From Octopus sinensis (taxonomy: Eukaryota), in contig NW_021832380.1 of assembly GCF_006345805.1 (NCBI RefSeq), positions 1 through 64,000 of the forward strand: 64,000 bases of DNA. The letters are read 5' to 3'. The notes beneath the pieces are model-generated. The model ran no database searches, was not told the origin of the DNA, and saw only the letters and a list, made by a program, of their open reading frames with translations. Positions 24,383 through 37,382 of the stretch are shown in pieces. A program made the translations under genes and the position numbers. The stretch's first letter is position 1, and every line of letters starts with the position of its first letter.

Positions 24383-24990
24383 TAGCTGGTTGATCTTGCC
24401 AATTGTCATATCCTTATCTTACAGATTAAGCCATGCAAGTATAAGTTCATGCTTTCTAATGAGCGAAACAGCGAACGACTCATTAAATCGGACATAAATT
24501 ACTTGATAATCTTACACGAAGGTGGATAACTGTTGTAAATCTAGAGCTAATACATGCGTATAACTTCTCGAAGAGCAATTATTAGAATTAGTTGACTCTG
24601 GATCAACTTGCTGTTCACAGGCAGTGCCTGCGACGTATCAATTAAATGTCCGCACAATCAATTTTGGACGGTGAAGTAATGGCTTACTGTGGTTACAACG
24701 GTTAACGGGAAATCATGGTTCGATTTCGGAAAGGGAGCATGAGAAATGGCTGCCAGATTTATGGATTTCCACAGGTGCGTAAATTATCCACTTTTGGCAT
24801 AAAGAGATAGTGATCATAAATAAAGGATCCGGGTTTTGCAAGAAGGTCGTAATGAAATAACTGTAAAAGCTTAAACGAATGCAATTTGTAGTCTAGCCGC
24901 GGTAATTTATGTTTCAATAGTGTATACTAAAGTTTCCGCTGTTGAAAAGTTCGTAGTTGAATGGTTGATTTGCATTTTTACTGAGCTTTG
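24383..24990 (+). rRNA. 18S rRNA pseudogene fragment (5' third)
   Basis: ctggttgatcttgcc, agattaagccatgc, ctagagctaatacatgc and gccgcggtaat motifs, with many substitutions in invariant positions. Confidence 0.9.
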
Positions 24991-25499
24991 TGCTAAATTA
25001 TATGCAAACGACATATATTGGATTGAGAACTGTACATACGAAAACAACGTATAGTGGCGATCTACTAAGGTCCATCCCTTTGCCTAAAATTTGTCCGCTT
25101 GTCGGACGCTTCTACCATTATTTATGACGGGTCAGGGAGTGAAATCTAGTTGCTATATTGTCTATCTAACGTTATTATTGGACAATTAATCAAGCACTAC
25201 ATGAATAATCCAAGTCCGAGCCAAGTGGGAAGAAGTGAAATACCAAAATAAACCAAGTCCAAACCAAATTTGCGCAAAAATCTCTGATAACAGTTAAAAA
25301 AATTGATGGGACCATTTAAATCGGGCTATATCTAGTTTGTTTAACATTTACTGCGATAATTAGGAGTATATGCATTAGAAAAAGCTGGCTGTTTCCCGGA
25401 TAATAGATTTATGAAAAGTGTTAATTAGGAGTCGAGGAAAAATTAGGAGAGAAAATGAAATAAGATAGAAGAATATGGTTTATTTAATACAATAGCTCC

Positions 25500-26570
25500 A
25501 AAAGAAAAGTGGCCGAGGAATTAGAGCTTAGGGGGCTTGATAACGAGAGCCACGAAGGTCTCAACTTCGGTTTTGCCCCGGGAGACTGTCTTATCTCCCT
25601 CAGCGAATTCGAGTTTTTGCCAGGATCGCGTCTATCGTGTCAACACTTTGCTCATGCAGGTCCTCCAGCGAGGTCCAGGCCGAATGCCAGTTTGATGGCA
25701 AATCGTCTGGTTTTTTCGAGTTTGGCGATTAGAAGGTCCCTTTCATCAGTTTGGTACCAGCCCTCCGAACCATAGATTATTAGTGGCTGAACACAAGTCT
25801 GGTAGATGTGTAGAAACGTTTCTGCGCTTAGACAAAAACGCCTCAGTCCTTTTAGGATTTTTGCTCCTTGTTTCCGCTTTGCATGCACATGGGGTTTGTA
25901 TGACCCGGTGGGGTCTATAGTTACTCCCAGGTAACGTAGGTTCTTCGATATAATCAGGTTCCCATAATCCTCGAAAGTCGGTTTTTTGTCACGACCCATT
26001 GAAATCCAACAAATGGTACTTTTGTCCAGAGCGAGATTCAAGCCTTTACCATTGCACCAGATTTAAAGTTCCTCCAAGTACGGTTCTAGTCTGCTCCAGG
26101 ACAACCTTCTTCTGTGTCGGGGTCCCCACATCGAGACATCCGTAACCAAGATATCGTCCGCGTAGATAATTAGTCTGCTCGTAGGAAAATGTGGTTTCGG
26201 GACGTCGGCCAGAAATATATTAAAGAGCAAGGGGCTGAGAACCGATCCCTGAGGAACACCTCTCCTCAGATTCACGGCCTTCGATAACAAATTTCCACAA
26301 CGAATGAACGATTTTCTCTCGCACAAGAAGCCCTTTAGCCATCTGACAGTTTTTCGCCCAGCACCCAACTCCGCTACTTTATCTAACAACCCCAAGTGCC
26401 AGACACTGTCAAAGGCCTTGCAGACGTCCAAGCAGACCGCCGTTAGGCAGGCTTTATGGAGTTTGGCCCGAGACAGTTCTTCCTCAAGAAGCGAGAAACA
26501 GTGACCGGTTGATCGACCAGGTCTAAAACCCCACTGTTCTTCCGCGAGTATATTATTTCCGCGTCCAAGA
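25500..26570 (-). mobile_element. LINE RT 3' fragment (I/Jockey group)
   Basis: DVCKAFDSVWH, GVPQGSVLSPLLFN, YADD, YLGVTID. Confidence 0.85.
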
Positions 26571-27419
26571 TAAAAAAAATAGAAGAGAGAATTAATTTCG
26601 TTTTATAAAGAAAGGCAGAAAAAAAGAGGTGATGGGATCTTAGAAGCTAGACTCGAGTTTGCCAAAATTCATCTCCAGCGTCCCAACGAGGGACTAAAAA
26701 AAATTTTAATGTTTTTTTTAATTTTTGTTAGTTGATGACATAACAATTATCAGTTTTTTAAATACATTTTTAATTTTTTTATTTGTTAAAATTTTATCAA
26801 CCAAATCCACTCTAATTATCAACCAAATTTCTTTTCATTAATTTTAAATACATATTCGAATAAATTTCTTTTATTGAGATACTAAAGAATTGCGTGTTTG
26901 TCAAAAAGGCTTTCGTTTGGCATGAACGAAGGTTCAAAAAGAGGTCGAATAAGCTAATACAATTTACCATCTTCTTTATTTTAATATATATCATGAAATT
27001 ATGCAGTTAAATTGAAATAATCCTTATCCGAAGTTTTTATTCCAAGCAAATTATTTTTTATCCACTTCATTCTATCATCGCTCAATAAAATCTTGATCTA
27101 ACTCTTTTTTGTCTAACCAAAAAGATGAAATTTTTAAAGCTCATCCGAGATCGGACTGTATTCGCAAATTTTACAAAATGAAGATAACTTAGGAAAAATG
27201 GTTTTTACTATGCTTAGATTTCAATAAAGCAGATAAACTATATCAATTATCTTGAATTTAAGTTCCTTATCTTCAATTGCATAGAACTGTAATTTTGGTT
27301 CATCTTTCAGTAAAAAATAATACACTTAACCCTCTCAAATTGGCCACAAATTTTGATTTTTTGTACTATAATTTGTATGTTTCAAAATTTTTTTTAATAT
27401 ATTTGAATTTTATTAATAA

Positions 27420-28260
27420 AATGTGTCCTATATGTCTTTTCGTAATAATAATTATACTCTGAATTTTAATCAGAAAATAGAAATTTTATCTTATAAAGAG
27501 AAGAATCCTCATTTTTCTTGTCAGCAATTTAAAAAACGACATGGATTTCGAATGCGAAAATTGCACGGAGAAATGAAAACAGACGATCCCGTTGACATCG
27601 AGTCTTTTTTTTCTAAATTTTGTGAAGTTTCACAGAGATACAATAATGATCAAATTTACAACTTAGATGAAACTGGATTGTTTTATAAAATCATTCCTTC
27701 AAAATCCATTTGTCGTAACTGATTTAAAGATTACAAAAATTTCAAGGATCGTGTTTACATAATGCTTTGCACTAATATGAGTAGAACTCATAAATTAAAA
27801 ACTGTGATGATGTCAAAACCAAAAAAACCCCGATGTTTCAAAAACTACAATTAAGATTCATTTATTTCATATTATAGCTCCCAGCGTGTTTGGATGACTG
27901 GAAAAATCTTCATAGATTGGCTAATAAACTTTGATTTAAATCTATAATTACAGAAAAAAACAAATTTTGCTTATTTTGGATAACTGTCCTTCCCATTGCA
28001 TACCAGAAAATTTGTCTAATATTGAAATCATGTTTATACCGCAGGCTTGGTCCAGCTAATAGACCTGGGAATCATAAAAAAATCTTAAAACGCTTTTTAA
28101 TAAGCACAAACTTGCATAATTAACGGATTTATTAGAACATCATGAAATATCCGTTTATAGTTCATAGAAAAAAACTCACATTGGTAGGATGTTGTGATAT
28201 TTGTTAAAATGGAATGGGAGACGTATTGCAGCATACCATTTCAAATAAAAAAATCAAGAT
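27420..28260 (+). mobile_element. Tigger/pogo transposase pseudogene
   Basis: FKKRHG..LHGE, IYNLDETGLFYK, DNCPSH motifs with stops. Confidence 0.8.
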
Positions 28261-28349
28261 TTTTTGTATTTTCTTTAATCTAAAAAAATTATGCTAACTG
28301 AAGAAACATTAAAGTAGTTTCTTTAAAAAATTATTGATTTTGTTCTCCA

Positions 28350-28520
28350 ATTGACCCGGGAAGCTTAAGCACGCACCCTCCTGCGGAAAGTACCCCATGC
28401 GTGTTGCCACGGAGAATAGCGATGGATATCCTCTGCAATAGCCACAAAACCTCGCGTGGCTCTTTCATCCTGTGGGCCAATTTTCTCCCGATGTCGCTGA
28501 TGAAGGCCGAGGTTTAAATA
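28350..28520 (-). mobile_element. CRE-like 3' fragment
   Basis: Minus strand reads ...WLLQRISIAILRGN. Confidence 0.7.
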
Positions 28521-29331
28521 ATTCATTTTGCAATTTATGCCGGGTCCATTAATGTGCCGGCCACATTAAATATTCCAAAATTAACAAATTGAAGCAACAT
28601 TCAAAGTAAAATCTTTCAAGTTCATATATAATCTGTAGAATGCTATCATTAGATAATCTGTGATTATTTTGGTTCACAATAATATTCATATTATTTGAAA
28701 TAATAACTAAATATTGACGATTCAATGCTCCATGAGTCATAATGTATATCAGTGTTTCCCAAACCTTTTCTTGTTGTCGCCCCCTTTAGCAAACTTTTTA
28801 GCAATATCGCCCACCATGAAAATGTACATGGAAACAAAAAGAAAAAAATAAATTTATAACAACAAGAACAATGTCATGTCATCGATACGTCTCTGTACCG
28901 TGTTTTTACTCAGTGGAATCGACTTAATGATATTCTAATGAGGTTAGTGCATAACCGTTGTCAGTGCTTTGGGAATTGATGGAATTAGAAGTTGTTCGCC
29001 AATTGTGTGGGGTTTACCAGATTTAGCGATGAGTAAAGCAATATTATATGATGCAATAAGACCGTCATCATTCCTTTAATGATCAGCAGTAAATATATTT
29101 GTCCATTTCTGTTGATTTTTGTGCTTTGTGAGTAGTCCTTTAAAAATCGCAAGGGGCTGGTTGGATTAATTTGGATGAACCTATATTTTCATAAAATATA
29201 AATATGAACCTTTTTTAAATTCTGACTTAATCTAAAAGGCCTCATAGCCTCGTTAGAAAAAGACTTTTCGCATATCAAAAAAAAAGGTTGTTTTTCATCA
29301 TTAGGACTGTTAGTGAAACCGTATTTTTTAC

Positions 29332-32300
29332 CTAGCTCGGCAGCTCGCTTCGCTCACCGCGACCTAGCTCCTGCGGAGGGCCTGTTTCATCAAACAACTA
29401 TAAGTTTATGTAGATGTATAAAACTACCTGGTTAATGTAACCCTATTCTATCGCCTGTTGATAACGATTTTTGTCGTCCGTCCTTCCTTGGCATATATGA
29501 ATAAATTTTCTCTTCTGCCTACCCTCGAGCATCCCACATACAGCTGTCCATGTGAAAAGCACTCACTCTCTAAAAATAACCCAACTACCTTTAATGACTG
29601 TCCCTGGGCCTTGTTTATTGTCATTGCACACTTTTTTTTCATTTTTTGTGGTTTATTTTTTTTATATTTAATTTTTTCATTTTTCCTTTGTAATTTCCTT
29701 TTTTTTCTCTTTTTGTTTTTTACTGGCGGAAATGGGGCGGGGGAATGCGGCAGGCGAAATGCGGCAGGCAAGAAGCGACACACAAAAAAGCGACACACAA
29801 AAAAGATTTAATTAATTACCTTATTAAGCTGACCGTTTTTTTTCTTCAGCTTCGTTTTCCTCCTTCGGTTATCTATTTAAAAAATTATTTTTGAATAATA
29901 AAAAAGTTTAGGAAAAGAGGCATACCGAAAATAAATTCTATCTTTACGAAAAACTCAAGTAAATAGTTAATATTTTTACGCAAATTCTTCTGATTGCGCT
30001 GTCAATTGGTGGTAAATTGTGTTAATGGTTGTGCTAATGTGGTTTCAACTATCAAAGTGTTTTTCAAAATCTGTTAATTGCACACTCTATTCAAGGTCGT
30101 GCGTCAATTGGTGGTAATTGTGTTAATGATTGTGCTAATGTGGTTTCAACTATCAAAGTGGTTTTTCAAAATCTGTTAATTGCACACTCTATTCAAGTCG
30201 TGCAATCTGTGATTGCACATTCTGTCAAAGTCAATATGATAATAGCTTTATTTTGATTCATGGTCGATAATGATATATGCATTTAATTTTAAAGAGAAAA
30301 ACATAGGATGAATTGAATTTCTTTCTGGTATGTCAAGGACATTCGCGTTGTTCATTTTTAATCAAATGCAGAAAATAATTTTTTGATTTTTTGGGGGAAG
30401 GTTTTAGGACTTCATCATGTAAGTCGAGGACATTGTAGTTGTTCATTTTAACCAAAATGCAGAATTTTTTTTTTAATTTTTTTGGGGGGAAGTTTTAAGG
30501 ACTTCATCATGTAGATCGAGGACATCGTAGTTGTTCATTTTAACCAAAATGCAGAAAATTTTTTTTAATTTTTTGGGGGGGAAGGTTTTAAGGACTTCAT
30601 CATGTAAGTCGAGGACATTGTAGTTGTTCATTTTAACCAAAATGCAGAAATTTTTTTTTTAATTTTTTTTGGGGGAAGGTTTTAAGGACTTCATCATGTA
30701 GATCGAGGACATCGTAGTTGTTCATTTTAACCAAAATGCAGAAAATTTTTTTTTATTTTTTTTGGGGGGAAGGTTTTAAGGACTTCATCATGTAAGTCGA
30801 GGACATTGTAGTTGTTCATTTTAACCAAAATGCAGAAATTTTTTTTTTAATTTTTTGGGGGGGGAAGGTTTTAAGGACTTCATCATGTAAGTCGAGGACA
30901 TTGTAGTTGTTCATTTTAACCAAAATGCAGAAATTTTTTTTTAATTTTTTTTGGGGGGAAGGTTTTAAGGACTTCATCATGTAAGTCGAGGACATTGTAG
31001 TTGTTCATTTTAACCAAAATGCAGAAATTTTTTTTTAATTTTTTTGGGGGGAAGGTTTTAAGGACTTCATCATGTAAGTCGAGGACATTGTAGTTGTTCA
31101 TTTTAACCAAAATGCAGAAAATTTTTTTTAATTTTTTTGGGGGGGAAGGTTTTAAGGACTTCATCATGTAAGTCGAGGACATTGTAGTTGTTCATTTTAA
31201 CCAAAATGCAGAAAATTTTTTTTTAATTTTTTTTGGGGGGAAGTTTTAAGGACTTCATCATGTAAGTCGAGGACATGTAGTTGTTCATTTTAACCAAAAT
31301 GCAGAAAATTTTTTTTTTAATTTTTTTGGGGGGGAAGGTTTTAAGGACTTCATCATGTAAGTCGAGGACATTGTAGTTGTTCATTTTAACCAAAATGCAG
31401 AAATTTTTTTTTAATTTTTTTGGGGGGAAGGTTTTAAGGACTTCATCATGTAAGTCGAGGACATTGTAGTTGTTCATTTTAACCAAAATGCAGAAATTTT
31501 TTTTTTAATTTTTTTGGGGGGGGAGGTTTTAAGGACTTCATCATGTAAGTCGAGGACATTGTAGTTGTTCATTTTAACCAAATGCAGAAATTTTTTTTTA
31601 ATTTTTTTTGGGGGGGAAGGTTTTAAGGACTTCATCATGTAAGTCGAGGACATTGTAGTTGTTCATTTTAACCAAAATGCAGAAAATTTTTTTTTAATTT
31701 TTTTTGGGGGGAAGGTTTTAAGGACTTCATCATGTAAGTCGAGGACATTGTAGTTGTTCATTTTAACCAAAATGCAGAAAATTTTTTTTAATTTTTTTGG
31801 GGGGAAGGTTTTAAGGACTTCATCATGTAAGTCGAGGACATTGTAGTTGTTCATTTTAACCAAATGCAGAAATTTTTTTTTTAATTTTTTTTGGGGGGAG
31901 GTTTTAAGGACTTCATCATGTAGATCGAGGACATCGTAGTTGTTCATTTTAACCAAAATGCAGAAAATTTTTTTTAATTTTTTGGGGGGAAGGTTTTAAG
32001 GACTTCATCATGTAAGTCGAGGACATTGTAGTTGTTCATTTTAACCAAATGCAGAAAATTTTTTTTTAATTTTTTTGGGGGGAAGGTTTTAAGGACCTCA
32101 TCATGTAAGTCGAGGACATCGTAGTTGTTCATTTTAACCAAAATGCAGAAAATTTTTTTTTAATTTTTTTTTTGGGGGGAAGGTTTTAAGGACTTCATCA
32201 TGTAAGTCGAGGACATTGTAGTTGTTCATTTTAACCAAAATGCAGAAAATTTTTTTTTTATTTTTTGGGGGGAAGGTTTTAAGGACTTCATCATGTAAGT

Positions 32301-32774
32301 CGAGGACATTGTAGTTGTTCATTTTAACCAAAATGCAGAAAATTTTTTTTAATTTTTTTGGGGGGGAAGGTTTTAAGGACTTCATCATGTAAGTCGAGGA
32401 CATTGTAGTTGTTCATTTTAACAAAATGAGAAAATTTTTTTTTAATTTTTTTTGGGGGGAAGGTTTTAAGGACTTCATCATGTAAGTCGAGGACATTGTA
32501 GTTGTTCATTTTAACCAAAATGCAGAAATTTTTTTTTTAATTTTTTTTGGGGGAAGGTTTTAAGGACTTCATCATGTAGATCGAGGACATCGTAGTTGTT
32601 CATTTTAACCAAAATGCAGAAAATTTTTTTTATTTTTTTTGGGGGGAAGGTTTAAGGACCTCATCATGTAAGTCGAGGACATCGTATTGCCAATTTGAAG
32701 TTGGTGTTGCACACACAGACAGACAGACACACAGACAGACAGACAGACACACACCATACCATTTTATTATTAGA
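29332..32774 (-). mobile_element. Non-autonomous Helitron with ~25-unit minisatellite and helicase remnant
   Basis: A^TC 5' start at 32774, (TGTC)n, array, PIF1 motif [24 protein letters not shown] (29448-29630), GC-rich 3' hairpin ...gagcgaagcgagc... followed by CTAG at 29332-29335. Confidence 0.85.
30335..32685 (-). repeat. ~94-bp minisatellite, about 25 units
   Basis: Unit aaaatgaacaactacaatgtcctcgacttacatgatgaagtccttaaaaccttcccccc-A/T tracts-ctgcattttggtt; inverted relative to the 20.3-21.3 kb array. Confidence 0.95.
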
Positions 32775-32789
32775 TATACATAATATTAT

Positions 32790-34050
32790 ACTGACGAGTT
32801 TTTCTACAAACAGACGAATTTGTATCCATACATAACACAGGAATAGACCAAAACCTGTCCGAAACCACCTTCGATCCCATGTTCAGTAAAGTCACGGCAA
32901 TCGATTCCCACGCCGCCCTATTTCTATTGAAGAACTGCTTCGCGATTCCCAAGTTACTATATACTCTAAGAAGTGCTCCCCGCTTCAAAAATCATGTAGG
33001 CCTTTCCACCTTTGACCGTGCTCTCAGGTCATGCCTCGAAACAATCTGTAACACCCCTTTCGATGACCTTGGCTGGGAGCAGACAATCCTTTCGGTTAGC
33101 CACGGTGGCATCGGTGTGCGCTCTGCCGCCGATCTTTCCCTGCCAGCATTCCTTTCTTCTGTTCATGCCACTAGCTGTCTTGTCCATGAGATTCTCCAAT
33201 CCGTTTCTGAATCCCCCTTGGATCCTGAGTTTTCTTCGGCTGTCAGATACTAGTCCGCTATTGGTCTCAAATTTACTGTTGATTTGACCAAACAACGGGA
33301 ATGGGACACAATTTTTTCCGACCACAAGTTCCCTCTCCTCAAGTGTCGATCAACACCGCTTGGCCTGTCTGCTCGCAAGGTCCCAAAAGTATTCAGGAGC
33401 CTGGATGACAGCTATCCCAATGGCGTCAGTCGGACGTTACTGGATAAAGAATGCCTGCGCCTTGGATTGAACATCTGCCGTAAACATCAATGCCGCTGCG
33501 GTCAGACGATTGACACCTTGGGACCACACCCGCTATCTTACCATCGTAGCGCTGATTGTTTTTCCTGCCACTCTGGGCTTAATGATGTGGCAAACCGTGC
33601 CATGACATCTGCAGAATTCTTAATGTGTTGGAACCAGGGAACCAGTCGGATTGGATCGCAGAGATGGAAAGCGCTCAGATGGTATGACAACATTTCCCTT
33701 CGACTACGGGGAATGCCTTATCTGGGATACGACATACTCCGACACTTTCTCTCCCAGCAATCTGATTTTGTCAGTTGCCGATCCCGGCTCGGCGGCAAAA
33801 CTCGCGAAACTTACAAAATCAAAAAAATACTCGTCCCTGGGCAAGAAATCAGATTTTTGCGCCAATAGCCGTAGAGACATCAGGGATCATCGGCCCGGAA
33901 TCACTTTTTTTCATTCGTCGGTTGGGGACAAAAATCGCTAAAAAAGTAAAAACTTCAACGAGACTCGTCATCTTCTCCAAAGAGTCTCGTTGGCGATCGC
34001 CCGGGGGAACCACCAGTCCATCTTATGTCCCGGCAATTCGAAATCGTGAA
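32790..34050 (+). mobile_element. CRE-like retrotransposon, 5'-truncated
   Basis: LLKNCFAIPKL, GGIGVRSA, CRCG, RSDGMTTFP, IAVETSG. Confidence 0.85.
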
Positions 34051-34109
34051 AATAAATTGCTCTACATCTCCATTAATATATTGATTTTGTCTAGTTCAGA
34101 AATTGATGT

Positions 34110-35232
34110 AATATCCTCAGGCTCGGTACGAGCTCTCTTTGCAATCTGGCTTTCGACGATCCAGGCTGGACTCAGGCATCCCTGCCTGTGCGCTGGGGTG
34201 GCCTTGGCTTGAGATCCTATTCCGATCTTGCCCTCCCGGCATTCCTATCCGCGCATCACGCTTCTCGTACTCTCTCAGACATCGTTCTTAGAAACCTCCC
34301 CGAACGGAAATTGTCTGAAGTTTACTCTGCAGCCCGTGGTCGGTGGGAGGCTCGGTTTGGTTCGAAGCTGCCCAACTCTCAATCTGTACAGCGCCAATGG
34401 GACGAAATCTCTTGTCAGGCAATCTTCGAAGGCCTGCTTCCTGTCTCCAATCAACACCGTGTCGCTTGCCTCCGTGCAGGTCGCTGTGAAAGCAGCGGTG
34501 TCTGGTTAAGGCTCTCCCTCTCCCTTCCATCGGGAACCTGTTGGACAAGGAATGCCTAAGAATTGCAATCTCCCTCCGTGTCGGGCTGAAAATCTGCCAG
34601 TCGCACACAATGCCGTTGTGGGGGAACTGTTGACGAGTACGGTTTGCATCCCCTCGCTTGCCGGCGGAGTGCCGGTCGTGCCCCCCGTCACAGTGAACTC
34701 AACTCAGTCGTACAGAGAGCCCTCGCCTCAGCAGGCATCCCGTCTATCCTTGAACCTGTTGGATTGGATAGAGGGGATGGCAAACGCCCTGACGGCATGT
34801 CCACCTTCCCCTACGAGCAGGGGAAATCCCTTATTTGGGATTCTACCTGCTCGGGCACGTTCTCGCTGGGAAATCTCGCGCTGTCCGCCGCCAATCCTGG
34901 GCACGCTTCCAGGCAGGCCGAGGAGCGAAAGATTCTCAAGTACGGCCACCTGTCCAACTCGCTGCTCTTTACTCCAATTGCCTTGGAGTCCTCCGGGATC
35001 TTCGGTCCCAAGACACTCCGCTTCCTTCGCTCGCTCGGTCGACGGATTTCAAGGACTAGTCCGATCCAAGAGAGTTTTCTTGGCTCCTGGAACGTCTGTC
35101 GATTGCTGTGATCCGAGGGAACGTCTTCGCCATTCGCGCGGCTGGTCGGGTGTCTCGTGAGGCCTTTAACTAACTTAGCTATCTGTAATTTTTGTCTTGT
35201 TTATTTCTATAAAAAAAAAAAAAAAAAAAAAA
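34110..35232 (+). mobile_element. CRE-like retrotransposon, 5'-truncated, with 22-nt poly(A)
   Basis: GGLGLRS, HPLACRRSAGRAPRH, RPDG, WDSTC; poly(A) at 35211-35232. Confidence 0.9.
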
Positions 35233-36009
35233 TTTAGACATTTGTGATACAAATTAAAATTTTTAAAAAGTGAGGAAGGTCCATTTTAAACTTTTTAAAG
35301 AGATATTCAAAAATAATTAGTTAATGTTTTATTGAAAAATATTTGATTATCATGTTTTGACAAGGATTTGCATTGATGACAACTGTCATAAATCAGAAAA
35401 TGAATACTCTAGTTCGACACGTGTGTGCAACTAACCGACCTGATTTTTTCAGGAAAACCGTCTCCCTGTGTTTGTCTACTATATTGATCCTTTCGACCTT
35501 CTCTATAGCCTTCCGACCATTTTAAACTATGGATTCGTGATACTTCATCTCAAGATTCGAGAGCTACTATAAAAACCAGTAGATCAATTCTTGAGTTCTT
35601 CACGTATGTGCAACCAATCTACCTGATTTTTTGGAAAAACCGTTTCCCGTGATTGTCAACTAATGTCATTTCCCCATTTCCCAGCATTTGAGAGAGTTGT
35701 TATATTAGTCAGTCACAATGAGATAAGTATTCCACTCACCTGCCAATTGACCCAGCAGCAAGTAGTCCATCACATGCGTGCAGTAGCCTGCGCTTCCCAC
35801 ATTTGTTCCTTTTAGAGTTGCCGACTCCCATTTACTAATTAACTGGTCTGTTTGGGAGAGTCACATTTGCAGCTTTACTGGCAGACTGTCAAATCTGTCT
35901 CCCAAACTGATTATTTTTAATTTTGGCCGCTTTTTAAAAAACACGACAGTTGCCTGGCTGGTTTTAATGTCAAACAATAAGCCAGACAAGTACATATTGA
36001 ACAAATAAA

Positions 36010-37109
36010 TTATAATTGGCTGACAGCTTTTTCGTCTCCAAAGACAACTCGTCTGTACAAGCTGTTAAGGCGTTCGACCAGAAGGAATGTGATGATGGTG
36101 TGAGGAGCCAGCCTGGTAAAGTATGCAGTGAATCCTTTCCAGAGAGAAAGGAACCCCTCATCACGACATACACGCAGCAGAACGTCCTATTCTGAATTAG
36201 TTAAGTGCACCATCATCCCCTTATACTCCCCAGACGACATTCCTTGCAATCTCGTCTTGGCCATGTCGATGGGGAGTGAGACAGTAGTCGTGATCAACCC
36301 ACTGAGAGCACTGGCAACCAACTGGCATAAGAGAGAGTCCGACCGCAATGCCTCTACAATAAATGTCCGTTTACTCACCCTTGTCAAAACTGGCCAACAC
36401 TTCCTTTATTTGTGAATAGGAAGTGAGTTGGGAGGCATTCACAATGACTGCTCTGATAACTGTCGGGAGACTCCCCTGGTATAGATAGACACTCATACTC
36501 TCCACAGAGTAGCAATTCCTTCTTCTCTGATGATCCTCGACAGAGCATCGCCCACATGCTTGTAATTCCGTCTTTTTTCCATGACAAGTCTCCCGTCGGT
36601 GGCCATCCTAATGAGGGACACTTCTGCCGGAGTCCCGGCCAACGCCCCCGTACCCCCCGAAAGCATGGCCATCCCCAACTTGGACAGAAACCCAGGACTG
36701 TCCCCACAGTGACTACAATCAACCAAACACTCCAACTTGCGACGGAACTGGTCGAACAAATAAGTATACAGTCCCAATCGCACTGTGGTGTAGGAAGCTT
36801 GGCGGAGTACTCCGGCAGACAGACTGAAATAACATCCCGAATAGTACCCTGAGTATAATGCAGTAACTCCTTCTGTTTTCGATATAATTCGGAGAGCTTG
36901 GAAAGTGGAGGAGAACTCTTTTTGCTTAGTACCCGAACCTGCTTATTGATTTGTAGATACCGCTCATTTGGATTCTATTCTTGAGGACGTCCATTGGCTG
37001 GACGACCACTGTGGCCAATACTCTTAATGGGAATGAATACTCAGGGATACCCTGCCGTCCCTCCTAACATGAATCTGACATATCCCGGCGTTGTCTTGCT
37101 TTCCTGCAT
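36010..37109 (-). CDS. SLC25A11: Mitochondrial 2-oxoglutarate/malate carrier
   Basis: Three carrier signatures (QPMDVLKNR, TPAEVSLIRMATDGRL, LPIDMAKTRLQ), RQASYTTVRLG, RLAPHTIITF; 22-nt intron at 36939-36960. Confidence 0.9.
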
Positions 37110-37382
37110 TTGCGGTAATTCTCTATTTATTATCTATAATTACAATTGATTTAATATCATTTTATATTAAACATAAAATGGCAGTCAACACATATACAGT
37201 GTGGGGAGGTGTTTCCAATGGGGGAGGTGACTGTCCTGTCAATACTTCTACGACTGTCCCACTGATATTCCCTTTCTATTTCCGATTTATTCTAATATTT
37301 TGTATATTATTTTTAATAACAAGTAAGTTTATAATTTGAGTAAATTAATAGACCGCAACAATTGATTTATTATAGGCAGCTT

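Noticed and set aside
24383-24990. Functional rRNA operon
   Set aside because: Truncated, mutated at invariant sites, and no ITS, 5.8S or 28S follows.
28750-28830. hAT MITE starting CAGTGTTTCCCAAAC (similar lone ends near 38370, 47380 and 57899)
   Set aside because: Only single termini seen, with no partner TIR or 8-bp TSD to delimit elements.
30916-32518. ORF-track proteins such as MVKMNNYNVLDLHDEVLK repeats
   Set aside because: They are read-throughs of the minisatellite, with frames set by variable homopolymer lengths; not genes.
37158-37270. Small ORF or ncRNA in the GC-richer patch between SLC25A11 and the MARVEL gene
   Set aside because: No recognisable motif or stable structure.
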